A stretch of 50,837 nt of DNA, counting the filler, from Catajapyx aquilonaris (Eukaryota), in NCBI GenBank assembly GCA_000934665.2. It is 3 parts of 3 records of this genome, joined end to end, with 100 filler letters (N's around TTAATTAATTAA, not from the genome) between each part and the next. Parts side by side here need not be neighbours in the genome. Positions count along the whole stretch, not along the records: positions 1 to 16,798 come from JYFJ02007076.1; 2 more parts are not named here. The stretch is one strand, 5' to 3'. The position numbers and the translations under genes are program-made. Position 1 is the stretch's first letter. Each line of letters starts with the position of its first letter. The notes under the pieces are model-generated. The model did not search any database, was not told the origin of the DNA, and saw only the letters and a list, made by a program, of their open reading frames with translations. This document shows, piece after piece, positions 1 to 11,400 of the stretch.

Positions 1-95
1 CCACCATGCCTGAAAATATGGGGTGTGTAGGTATAACAGGTAGGTATATAAAAATTCAAATGTGCAAAAGTGGTCCACTGTGCCCCGGTCTCCCC
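1..95. mobile_element. Right end of a Tc1/mariner-pogo-type MITE (partial)
   Basis: Ends GTGCCCCGGTCTCCCC followed by TA (96-97), resembling TA|GGGGAGACCGGGG termini of insect MITEs. The other end is outside the window. Confidence 0.4.
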
Positions 96-752
96 TACTT
101 AGTTTTTTAAAATTGACATGTCCCAGCTTGGGGCGTCGTGTCCAGTCACGTGCTGTCCAGATATGCGGGCGGGCACACTGCATGCCACATTGCCACGGCT
201 GATGGTGCGCGACGCGGAAGTGATTCCCACTTTCACCAGTGCAGTGTCCACCAATCAAGGTACGGCTAGTAATATTTTTGGTGTTTATAAAATTATTATT
301 ATAAATATTTTCGTTTAAAAACAAATAGCATCATGTGATAAGTAAACCCGGGTGGGAGCTTCCAGTCCCAGACCCGCCAAGACTCACTCTTGTCTGCGGC
401 AATGGTTGCCATGTAGCTTGAATAAACCCAAATTTTCTCAATATACCATGATAAGAGCTCTGACGTATCCATGAGCCAAAACCGCCATCAATATGGGGCA
501 TGAATCGAAACCAAGTAACTCCTAATAATAATCATCATCATCATAAAAATAATAATAATAATAATAATGCTGGGGTAATGTGCTTTCGCCCCCCACCTGG
601 GGGCATATCGCACGGACCTTTATTTAAATGAAGGTACATTTCGGCGCCTATTTATTGAAACGCCCGGACCCACGGGCAGAATGACAGGAGGGGATGTGCA
701 AGGTGCAGTGCATGGTCATAGAATACTCAGGTCTGGACACTCCCACCTACCC

Positions 753-873
753 CCTGCCGGGGCGTTTTGCAGGAGGAACTCACCTGAGAGCGCCATGAGA
801 CCTTTCACTCCCCAGGTATGTGGCGACCCTACCGGACTACGCTGAACTTGATAGGTACAAAAGGGAAGCGCTA
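753..873 (+). repeat. 121-bp conserved hairpin-rich module, copy 1 (left arm)
   Basis: Reverse complement of 5134-5254 with 4 mismatches; ~82% identical to 16654-16776. Confidence 0.9.
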
Positions 874-1084
874 CATTGGGGGACCCAACATGGTCGCCGG
901 CGGCCAAGTTGGGCCCGCATGTATAGTCCCCGGCGGGTTAACTTGGCAGTCCCCCCACCCAACACTCTCAGCCAATGGCGTGCCTGGATTGTGATGGGGG
1001 GGGGGGCGGGGGATGGAGGAGTCGAGGTGGAGCTGAGGTGGAGTGGGGATGAGTGACATCCACCGGAACATCCGCAGGATCAGT

Positions 1085-1132
1085 CGCCGGATGCTTCGCC
1101 GGAAGCTTCGCCGGAAGCTAGGCCGGATGCTT
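1085..1132 (+). repeat. 12-bp tandem repeat x4 (GCCGGAWGCTTC)
   Basis: gccggatgcttc gccggaagcttc gccggaagctag gccggatgctt. Confidence 0.85.
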
Positions 1133-1889
1133 TAAACTATGTGTACAAATTGTCATTAAAGATTTGCTTTAAGATGTGCGTAGCAACCATTCACGTTATC
1201 AATATATCCAAGTTTAATTATCATCACAGTAGGGCTTAAGAGGTCTAAATTCTGGCACCCCTCCTTGCCAGGCAGGGGACTACTTTCGTTGTTTCGCCGC
1301 GTGCTGCCCTCCATGAGGAGTTGGCAAACACCTTGAACCTTCACTTCTGCGTCTTGAGCCAGTAAGTGTGCACATGGGATCGGGGGTTCCTTTGTGTTTT
1401 CCTCCTTGTTCTCGCCATGCCTCCCACGCCCTTGTGGCCACCACCTCCCAAGATTCCCTGCCATTTCTCCCTCCCCGTCCCTCACCCCAAGTCCCATTCC
1501 GGCCCGGACCCACCTCACGCCCGCCCCTCGTGGACCCCTTTCCGTCAAACCCACGACACACGTGTCCATTCATGAGATCGCCAGGCCTGTCGCCGCTGAT
1601 GTGACTCAGACTCAGCACAAGGTATGTGCTCGGGCTGCACCATCTCGGGTGACCACCAACGTAACGTGGACCGTCACGACAACGACACCAAAGCCAGCAA
1701 CGCGACTGCATCCAACTGCTGCATATGATGCTCTTATACCTCTTCTAGTTTCATCGGTGATCAGGTACATATCCACCCCCACACTAGCTTTCCATTCTGC
1801 TGCCTTCTCCATTACTTTGCCTGCCTGCTACTGGTGCTATTACATCTGCTCCATCATTTTCCAGGCTGCCAGCAAGCCACGGCTCAACA

Positions 1890-3746
1890 GTGTCGCCAGC
1901 TGGCCTACTGTCTCCAACTCCACCATCAAATCTTCAGCTGAAGCATACGGTAACACCAGGAAATATCCTACAGCCTCGGGTCATGACATCAGTGCTGAAG
2001 CACCCTGGTCCACCCCAGCCATCCATCATGCTCCCACCTGTGACACAAAGCCAGCCTACAGGTACCATGCCATCTGTCATCATCCAACGGCCAATGACAT
2101 CAGTGCTGAAGCATCCTGGTCCACCCCAGCCGGCCATCATGCTGCCTCCTGTGACACAAAGCCAGCCTACAGGTACCAAGCCATCTGTCATCATCCAACG
2201 GCCAATGACATCAGTGCTGAAGCATCCTGGTCCACCCCAGCCGGCCATCATGCTGCCTCCTGTGACACAAAGCCATCCAGCTACGGGTGTCGAGACATCT
2301 GCTGCTTCCTCCAATCACATTCTGCCGCCTTCACCATTGTCAGGCTTGTCTGTTAGCACCAGCCCATCCCCTATGCAGCCGTCATTGTCTCTTCAGATTC
2401 TTGCACCATCGCTTGGAGTTGCTTCAGCTGGTGATTTGCCCACAGCTGATTCAGACCAAGGAAAGAAGCGCAAGGCTCCATGCATCAGAAGCAAGCGGGG
2501 ACGTATGGGCAAGGGCATTGGACTCCAGAGCCAGGCGCAGATGATCATCATCAAGGTCTTGGCATATTTTACAGCACTCCAGGAACGTCTGGGTTCACTG
2601 AAGGACGTACTCAAGGATGGTCTCAGCCTGAAGGAGAGGGTTTGTGCTGCTACAGGAGCAGTATCAGAGCGCACTATTTACCGCATTTTGGCCACTCTGA
2701 AGAAGGGGGAGGAGTTGTCCACACCAGGGAAGAAAAGGAAGCGCTGTTTTCCTGACACATCTCCGGATAGCTTCATCAGGGAGGCAATCCGGCGAGTCAT
2801 CTACCGGGAGTATACGAAGGGACTTCTACCAACAGTGAGGTCAATCCTGCCTTTAGTCAAAGATGTGGGCTTCACAGGAGGTGAAAAGTCACTGCGCAAA
2901 GTGCTTCGGAAATTGGGGTTCAGGTGGAAGAAGGGGGACTCGAGACTCCATCTGTTGGAACAATCACATGTTGTGACGATGAGGATCAACTTCCTGCGCC
3001 GCATGCACGAAAACGCAAATTCCGCTGAGCCTCTTCCTGTCATATACCTCGACGAGACGTGGGTGTTCTCGAGGGGATGCCAGACAGGGCGATCATGGTT
3101 TGATGGCAAAAAGGAGAGCACATTGAGGAACACGGGATCGTGTGGTGCGCGGTTCATTGTCCTACATGCTGGTGGAGCAAATGGGTTTGTTGAAGGGGCA
3201 TCACTGATATTCCAATCGAACAGGACTACAGGTGATTACCATGGGGATATGAACGGAAACACTTTTATTCGGTGGCTTAATGAGCAGCTTCTCCCAAACC
3301 TAAAAGGAAAGTTCCTTATTGTCATGGACAATGCCGCTTACCACTCGACGCAGAAGGAGGAGCTGCCCTCGCAGAAGTGGCGGAAGGAGAGGCTCCGGAA
3401 GTGGCTGGAAGAGAGGAATCTGCTCCCCCGTGGTAATCACCTCAAGAAGGAGCTCTATGCATTGGCTGTCCCTCACAAACCTGCCTACCGCAAGTATGTA
3501 GTAGATGAGTTGCTGGCAAAAGATGGTCATGAAGTAGTGCGGCTTCCCCCATACCACTGCCATTACAATCCAATTGAGAATGTATGGGCTAAGTTAAAGC
3601 GGTATTATAATGGCCATGTGTTATGTAGCCGCAGTATTGGTGAGGCCAACACCAGGGCGGTATGGGAGGAAGCTGTCGCCAGTGTGAGCCCTGCAGACTG
3701 GAGCAAATATGTGGACCACTTGAAGAGGCTTTATCAGGCTTTATGA
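1890..3746 (+). CDS. IS630/Tc1/mariner (DDE_3-type) transposase, DD82E/Sailor; C-terminus frameshifted (ancestral stop at 3946-3948)
   Basis: Motifs IYLDETW (D at 3051), RFIVLHAG, DYHGDMN, IVMDNAAYHS (D at 3327), RLPPYHCHYNPIENVWAKLK (E at 3576): 82 residues between second D and E. HTH-like segments VSERTIYRIL and SLRKVLRKLGFRW. ORF opens on GTG; first in-frame ATG is 1983; true start/splicing uncertain. Confidence 0.92.
   Translation: MSPAGLLSPTPPSNLQLKHTVTPGNILQPRVMTSVLKHPGPPQPSIMLPPVTQSQPTGTMPSVIIQRPMTSVLKHPGPPQPAIMLPPVTQSQPTGTKPSVIIQRPMTSVLKHPGPPQPAIMLPPVTQSHPATGVETSAASSNHILPPSPLSGLSVSTSPSPMQPSLSLQILAPSLGVASAGDLPTADSDQGKKRKAPCIRSKRGRMGKGIGLQSQAQMIIIKVLAYFTALQERLGSLKDVLKDGLSLKERVCAATGAVSERTIYRILATLKKGEELSTPGKKRKRCFPDTSPDSFIREAIRRVIYREYTKGLLPTVRSILPLVKDVGFTGGEKSLRKVLRKLGFRWKKGDSRLHLLEQSHVVTMRINFLRRMHENANSAEPLPVIYLDETWVFSRGCQTGRSWFDGKKESTLRNTGSCGARFIVLHAGGANGFVEGASLIFQSNRTTGDYHGDMNGNTFIRWLNEQLLPNLKGKFLIVMDNAAYHSTQKEELPSQKWRKERLRKWLEERNLLPRGNHLKKELYALAVPHKPAYRKYVVDELLAKDGHEVVRLPPYHCHYNPIENVWAKLKRYYNGHVLCSRSIGEANTRAVWEEAVASVSPADWSKYVDHLKRLYQAL
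1983..2288 (+). repeat. 111-bp (37-aa) coding tandem repeat x~2.7 in the transposase N-terminus
   Basis: ATGACATCAGTGCTGAAGCA recurs at 1983, 2094, 2205; unit MTSVLKHPGPPQP(S/A)IMLPPVTQSQPTGT(M/K)PSVIIQRP. Confidence 0.95.
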
Positions 3747-3961
3747 TGAGGACTGGACCAGAGAGGTTGTATGTGAGGAGCGAGTTCAGCCACTGGTGTT
3801 TCCTGTTGGAGGTGAGGACAGCAGTGATGAAGAGCAGGAGGTGGAGGTAGAGGACGAAGCCCATGATGCGGAAGAGAGTTGGAGCAGCGACTGGAGTGGA
3901 GAGGATGATGACTTCAGTGACTTGGCACAACCCCTTCCTGGAGAATAAATCACCAGACCAG

Positions 3962-4199
3962 CCTTTCATCACGTCCACTGGTTCCATGTTTGGATGGAAC
4001 CATAGCCTGCGGTAGCTTCAGCTGGTGATCCAGATGATTCAGAGCAGGCAGAGAAGCCCAGCGCTTCTTTACGCAGTAGGAAGTCCTTTCATCACGTCCA
4101 CCAGTTCCATGTTTGGATGGAACCATAGCCTGCGGTAGCTTCAGCTGGTGATCCACATGATTCAGAGCAGGCAGAGAAGCCCAGCGCTTCTTCACGCAG
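3962..4199 (+). repeat. 123-bp tandem duplication 3' of the transposase
   Basis: CCTTTCATCACGTCCAC at 3962 and 4085; each unit carries a GTTCCAT-n6-ATGGAAC hairpin. Confidence 0.92.
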
Positions 4200-5133
4200 T
4201 TCTAGGATACCAACCATTCATCACGCTTCCTCCACTGTCACTTAACCTGCCTGCTCCTTGTCTTTACATCTGCTCGTGTCTTATTTCAGGTTGCTAGATG
4301 GTCACGTCTCACCAGTGCCGCCAGCAGCCGTGCTGCCTCCAAGTCCGCCACCACATCCACATCATCGGCCGAAGCTAAGAATAGATGCCCTGAAGCCCCC
4401 AGCCCTCCGTGTGCCATCCCCTGTTGTCATACAACGGCCTCATGTCATGGCATCTGTGATCAACTGTCCAGCGCCACAGAAGTCTTCCTAACCTTTTCAC
4501 TGGAATTCAAGCTCTTTCCACTTGCTCGCATCATGCAGAATTCCCATTGCGCCCAGGATATATTTATGTAAATGACAGGTGGATCTAATCACTATGAATA
4601 AAAGCGATATATAATGTGAGGCCTTCTTTATTAAATCCTGGACATCTGGCAGGAGTTATTTGATTTTTCTCTTGCATGACATTTCTAGAAGTGAAGAAAT
4701 AGGCAATATGAAACAAGAATAAAATTTTCCATGAGAAGACATTGTATGAATGGTGAGATACTGGTGCCAGGAATGCTACTAGTGGTTGGAATGTAAATTC
4801 AGTGATTATAAAAAACCATTTAGAATGCTGAGCTAATTATGAATGCCTTTTTACAGAACTGGAAGTGAATAATTGGTATCTCAAGTGACAGATCACATTT
4901 CCAGGTGTGCATCTGGACTATAAACTGCCTAATTCCAGGACTAACAAATGAAGGCCTCTCCCCGCCTCTCTCTCCCTCTCCCCCCCCCCCCCGCCGCAGC
5001 CTCCCCCCCTCTGGGTGGTGGAGTGATACACAAGAAGTGACGTAGAAGGCAGTCGTGTCGGCGGGAGGGAGGGCAAGAGGCGTTGCCAGAAACCCCCACC
5101 TTGCCACGTTAGGGGGGAGTCTACTTTTTTATA

Positions 5134-5254
5134 TAGCGCTTCCCTTTTGTATCTATAAAGATCAGCGTAGTCCGGTAGGGTCGCCACATACCTGGGGAGT
5201 GAAAGGTCTCATGGCGCTCTCAGGTGAGCTCCTCCTGCAAAACGCCCCGGCAGG
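5134..5254 (-). repeat. 121-bp conserved hairpin-rich module, copy 2 (right arm, inverted)
   Basis: Inverted copy of 753-873. Confidence 0.9.
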
Positions 5255-5409
5255 CGATAAGATCAGAATGTAGTATAAGTGTCCGGGGGCTGGTGCTTTG
5301 CAATGTCCTGCTATGGCCATTTTTAGTGAACTCCCCTGGGTGGTTTAGTCTATTGGAAATACCACCCGATACAAAGCCAGAGGTGACCCTGAACTTTGCA
5401 CGAGAAGAA

Positions 5410-5490
5410 GGGGGTGTCCCCGGGCGGGATTTGATCCCGGGACCTTAACATCAGTGGGCGCGTACGTTACCACTTCGTCTCCCTCCAACC
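5410..5490 (-). mobile_element. tRNA-derived (SINE-like) head with Pol III A/B-box-like motifs
   Basis: Minus strand reads GGAGGGAGACGAAGTGGTAACGTACGCGCCC...GGTCCCGGGATCAAATCCCGCCCGGG; B-box-like GGATCAAATCC. Confidence 0.55.
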
Positions 5491-8400
5491 TCCTATGGTT
5501 AATCGAATCCCATGTGGTTCCGTTTATCGTCTCCAATAGGTTGAGACAATCGGAATAATATTTATTATACACATCAAAAATAAAACTAAGCGTACCTTGA
5601 TTGGTGCGCGCCTCCGCACCATCATGTGCGACGGCATGCAGTGCGTGTGCCCGCATACCGCAAATTATATCCGATAATGGGATTATTTGGGTTTATTCAA
5701 GCACCAATTATGCAGACTTGCCTTCCTGTGTTTGACCTGTACCAGTTAATATTAAATACAGTAGGCCTAGTGTCACCTTTCTCGATCACTATGCTGCTTG
5801 TATCAGTAAAGGTGTTGTCCTTGTTACTTTCATGTAAGTTATAAGCAATATAATTTTAAACAAATTGGCAACTTGTAAGTTTAAGGTGACAAGAGCAAAG
5901 CTAGAAAAAGTATCCGGCTTTTTTACCAAGTAGTAGAGAGCTGCAAAAAAAACTGGAAATGGCCCCTCACTGATGTCGCGAAAATCGGTCGTCTAGTAGC
6001 ACTGGCACACATTAGGGCCTACTTCCGAGAAACACGGAACATAATTTCACGTTGCAGTAACATAGTTTATTTCTCTTGAAAAGCCAGTAATGTAAACTAT
6101 GACACTTTATTTCGCGTAATTGTCAAACTCACCTCATGTGTGTGTCCCAGTTTCAAAATATTTTATCTCGAATTTACGAAACTAGTGCACCAATGCTATC
6201 CTTTAAAAAATGAATCAAGGATTGTGATTGCCTAACCCTTTCTCACAGATAGGCTCCTTTAGAAATATTCCATATGTGCATTTGTGCAAATTCGAACTAT
6301 CAGTCCGGAAGAAAATTACTTCTTCTCCCTCTTTCCATTATTTCTTTCTCTCCAGCATCTCTGCAAACCTTTGCAGCCGTGTAAGGTGAATCAGTCAGCC
6401 ACAGCGGACATCTGTAGGAAGTCCTCGTTCCATGTCGACTCTTGAATAACCCTTTCCACGTCAGGAGAATGGAATGGCTTTTTGGTCCATACCGCTATTT
6501 TTTTTTTCTTTCTCTCGCTACTTTTCTTTCTCTATTTTTTACCCAGAGGTTGAAGGCTGTACTCGAGGCCATCCTAGGTTATTTCCCGAATCCCACGTTC
6601 CATCTTTTTCTGACTGGATCTTATTGATGGCGTGCCTAGGGACAACACCTTGTTCCAGATCGCCGTGTACAATACGTGACGCTCCCATAATCCAACTTTT
6701 TTCTTCATTTTTTTTTTCTTTCCCAATTTTAGTACCGGTACTTTATTTTCTTGCCCTTTGACGTTTCTTCACGTTTTCTGCACTAACCTAATCAGGAGCC
6801 TGAAGGGGCTAAGGCTTTCCACTCATGTTGTGTGGCTAGGTTGCGAAGTCTAAGCTCCTCTGAGATGATTCCCAACAGGGACAGAGGAGAGCAGGATTTA
6901 CACGACCTGTTTTTGGTCCTCTCGTGTGGAATGTATAATACCTAAATAGTAACTGCATAAAGTTACCTTATAAAGTGACAGTGTTGAACTTGGTACATCA
7001 ATATAATTATGCACAAGTATGATATTTATGGTTGGTTGTTATAAATGACGCGATTCAAATGTGAAACATGTTGTAAAAAAATAAATAAACTTAGTTTTCT
7101 CACTTTTCAGAGTCGAACAGATTCTACTGTGCTTGGCAGGTATGCGAAATATCTGTACTTTTTGCGCCGGCTTGTTCATTAATGTTTTATACACAGTAAC
7201 AGACTGGCGATCATAACATGGAAAGATTCATAACGGGAGTCTACAGGCATATAAACCTGCTGTGTCTACTACTCTACCCTGTCCGATGGAATTAAACCGT
7301 TCACGTTCCTGCCTAAATTATTGTCATTTTACTACATAGTGTATCACTGTTTGCATATGTACACAGTCATGATGTGCCAGTAAATGCAGAGTGTGGATTT
7401 TGGCTAAACCCGGAAATCAGCAAATTTAGCCTATCTGTTAAGCGGCATTAAAGGAGCCGCCTGGATATATTGGGAAATATATTATATGAACATTATGATT
7501 CCCCCTATCTCGGCTACACTAATCGGCTTGTGGATTAGGATTATGAAAATGTTGGTTTAGAGGACGTAGCGCTAGAAGGAGGGAGGGTTTAAGAAATTCG
7601 ACAATATTGGTCACGGCAAACGGAATGTGGAAGCTACAATGGTGTTTGGGAGTTTGAGTGGAGTAATTGCGGTTTGTAGAGGTGGAGTGTGGGGGTGACC
7701 ACTAATGAGTTCACCGAACAAACAGGAATGGCGTCTGCTCTCACGATGCAAATTCCACTGTACAACATTGCTCGAAAATTGTGTCTGTGCGAAAGTAGAA
7801 CACGGTGGAACTACAGAGCAAAGCACCGAGCTAGCTACCAACAAATTAGAGAGTGGATAACAGGAGCTTGTGCAATCTGTCCATCTAGCCCATATTAAAA
7901 GTTTGGTCAGAGTTTTTCCTTCCGTTTTTTGAGAGGTGTGTGAGAGAGAGAAATTATGAAAGTGTCAGAGACTCCTCGAGTTGTGCAGTACAATCGCACC
8001 AGACTAAGTGCAACATCGTTGCTTAAATTCGTGCCTGGTCATAACTATATGGTACCACTCGACGCGACGTGCAGTGCTATTTTTGCGAGCATGTTGCATT
8101 TAAAGGACAAATATTGTGGGAAGTGCTTGGGAGAGAGATTTCATGTGAGCGCAAAATTATTTGAAATTATCTGATTTTCCCGCAAGGAAGCGGTTACCAA
8201 GGTTTCCATGTGAAACACTACAGAAGGCGCTCTAAATAAAAGCGGTAACATTTTAATGCTATCATCATTGGATGAAACCAACTGCTGCTACTAATACAGG
8301 GTAGCTGGCTAAAAATGTTGAATCCCCCCATGCTGGCTCTTGTATTCACCAGTACGGCATTATTTTGTGGGTTGGAAACAAAACATTTCTTGTGAATATT

Positions 8401-11400
8401 AGCACTTAAGTCTTGAAGCTGTGATATTACTTTTCCACATTTTTTAAAGCAGCACGCTTGTTGGTGATGAAAATTTGTAACAAGTTGTCCTGGACATATG
8501 TGATGTGCTGTTGATTGACAAGGGCGTTCTTTAACTAAATAAAATTGGTACTTTATGCCAAATCGTAACATACATCTTATGCATAAATAATTCGATTTCT
8601 TCGCGGTCCACTGACACCATTCTTTGCCTGATATGGGTAGGTCATGTCCATGAGGTGGTTATAGGCGGGTTTGGGAAACGGATCGCATGTCCGGAGGCGC
8701 GGCTCAGGTGCCAAAAGGGCTTTTTGACACCTGTTTTGGGAGTCATTCCTCCTAATTTAGTATGTTGTTTTGTTACTATAGCAACGAAAAAGAAGTGCAA
8801 CGTTGTGTGTTGGCATCCTTGTCGGAAGAGGCAAAAATAATAAGGTAAATAATAGGAGCATTTACAACCTATCTCAAAAACGTAAGTGTAATCTCTCAAA
8901 TTAAAATCTTTCTTTCATGTTTGATTAAATTAGGCAAACAATAATCATAAGCGTATAATTTTGAGTCAACAATGTATTACCCTTTTGATCTAGCCTCCTG
9001 CACCAGCATAGCATAACACCGGTATTACAGACACAGCCTGTCACTACCAGCCATACAGTACCGCCAAAGTAATATAATTTATTGTTTTTATGGTGATTGA
9101 TGGTCACGCCCCAGGGACAAAAATGGACTAATGCAACATCCGGTTTCTAGATCCGTGGCACTGGGCATCCTGCTACCGGACACCCATCGGAAAACACAAG
9201 TCGCCCGAAGTTCCAGCCAGTTCAATGTCAGAAATAGGTTCAGCTGACCGTGTAGTACAATGCTTCTAAACAGAGCCGAAGAGCGGAAAATTACTAGCCC
9301 AGTTGGCCATGTGAGCCGGAAAGTTTTCCTCACTCTCAAGAATCTAATGACGCCCCCGATAGCAATTTTGCGCTGGTGGATAAGAAACGTGTGCTGAATC
9401 CACCATTCAGAATCTTCTTGGGACTCACCTGCGGTTTCTGTCCGCCATTTAATCTTGCTTAAAACCGTGCTTGTAATTATGATAGCACCCAGTTTTTGAG
9501 ATACCGCGACAAGTCTCAAACTTTATTTCCAAAAGATATAGCCAATCTTATGCAGATTTCAAGACGTATGTCTGTACGTTCCCGATGCAAATCAATACGG
9601 AGGCCTCGACATATGCCCCAGGGTGATCATTATGGGTAGTTTTTAACGGGGAAGGTTTTTTTGCACATTGGACTTGACATCTGAGGTCATCCTTGGCCGA
9701 AGGAGGCGTAAAGGCAGAAAAGCAGGCCTACCCTTTCTTGTTATTCCATGGAAATGCAGTCATTGTTGACGCGTTTATATCAATGAGTTACTTTGTTACA
9801 TCAATGAGTTACTCCTATGGAAAAGTATTTCATAACCCGAGAAACGCCAGGTATCCTGCTAGAAGTAACTACATCATATAAATGGACGTCCTTGTGACGA
9901 GCCTTATGCAGCAAACGCGACCGATTCAGCCGCCATAAAAGTAATGAAATTGGCCCCAGATATTGTACCGCTTTCACTCTAGCCCGTTATGTTCCACAGG
10001 TGCTTCTTGAGGAATAATTTCCCTTGTGTGCAGCGGGCGTCAAAGAAGGCACAACTTGTAACGAAATTAGGGCTGGCCTGTTGCAAGCAATTTTCAAAGG
10101 GAAGCGTAAATCACGCGCTGAGAAGCAGTTTTCGTGTCGAGACACTTCTCATCAGTTTGAGCCCAGGTCCGGGTAAAAAGACTGGTGTGCGACGAAAGAC
10201 GTCATGACCTCCGAAATCATCTTAACGCTCCCAGACTTTCCATCCTTCCCTTACAAAAAGTTGGTGGTAAGCAGCCAGGGACTGGAAATAGGTGTGTTGA
10301 CGCTGCTCTCGGGCGAAGTTTCGATTTGTGCCGACCCGCTTACGTCAATATGGCAGAGGTGGGTTGGAGTCGTGGGGAAATTTGCGTCGAATTTTGCCGT
10401 CTCTACTCCCCGGGGTAATCTTGGCGGGGAAAGGGGGGTAGAGGTGGGTCGAGATGCAAAATATGCCGCGTAATATGAACCCCAAAAACCTGGCAGTGAC
10501 GAAAAAAGAGGCTGGGAAGGCCCATGTCCCTTAGGGGCATGAAGATTTCTGAATGGATGGTCCGGAGTTTGTACCTGGAGATGAAAAGGCCTGGTTTTTT
10601 TTTTTTTTCAAGGAGAAGGAGGTGGTAATAGTAATGGTGGATGGTGGATGGTATCTCCAACGGGGTGGTCGAAAAGCTGGCGGGGATTTGGGATTTACAA
10701 AAGCTGGCGGATGCTGTCCTGCTGGAAAAAAAAGTGTAGAAGAGTGTGTTGGTGGGTGGGTTTTGGGGATGGTCAGAGCTGGAAATTTGGCACAACAGAG
10801 CTGGCGCATCCCCACAACGCCGAGCTTCAAAGCCGCACATTGTCCCCGTTGGCCAGTTGGTTGACTTTTTCGCTTTTTCACTTGGATACTGAACCTATGC
10901 TATATACCAACCCCCAGCCCTGTACTAGCCACCCCCAGAAACCACGCGGAAACCACCCAGCTACCAGACCCAAAATGGTGGATCTCCCTCGAGTCTGATT
11001 TGAACGCAAATCGCTCCCTGATAGCATCTACCTTTCGTTCTCGCTCCCATTTTGGGTCCAACCCTATTTTTGCAAGCCTTTTGCTCCATCAGACTGTTGC
11101 TATCCGGCTATACTTATACTCACTACTTGCGGTTGGTGCTTTGCAAACCGCTGGTCATAGTGGTATTGCAGGTGTTTAGAAATTTTAATGTACTTGAACT
11201 CGAATAAAAGGGTGCTACTATTGAACACCTTTACGAGAAAGTGAATTTAATCTTCCATTTTAATGTTGCAGGCAACCTTCATGTGTCATGTCCACAGATT
11301 GGCTTTGTTTGAACAGTAATAGGTAATGCGATACATCCTAGGCCTACATCGTGTCAGCCACCACTGTCGTCTATTTTGACACCACTTGCATTGATTTCTC

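Larger units (their letters stand above)
164..5655 (+). mobile_element. Sailor (DD82E) IS630-Tc1-mariner DNA transposon with long bipartite inverted arms
   Basis: TA|TGCGGGC at 162-170 and GCCCGCA|TA at 5649-5657. Outer imperfect inverted block ~164-303 vs ~5554-5655; inner inverted block 753-873 vs 5134-5254 (117/121 identical). Encloses a DD82E transposase ORF. Confidence 0.7.

Noticed and set aside
753..873. Module as hammerhead or HDV-like ribozyme, tRNA, or Fanzor omega RNA
   Set aside because: No CUGANGA/GAAA core, no conserved HDV L3/P1.1, no B box, and no TnpB/RuvC ORF seen in the window.
1394..2356. 320-aa overlapping ORF in another frame
   Set aside because: Mostly a shadow of the in-frame 111-bp repeats; only its 5' part may be a frameshifted extension of the transposase N-terminus.
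7611..9519. Cys-containing short ORFs (CAICP, CGKC) suggesting a piggyBac or zinc-finger relic
   Set aside because: Motifs too short and inconsistent across frames.
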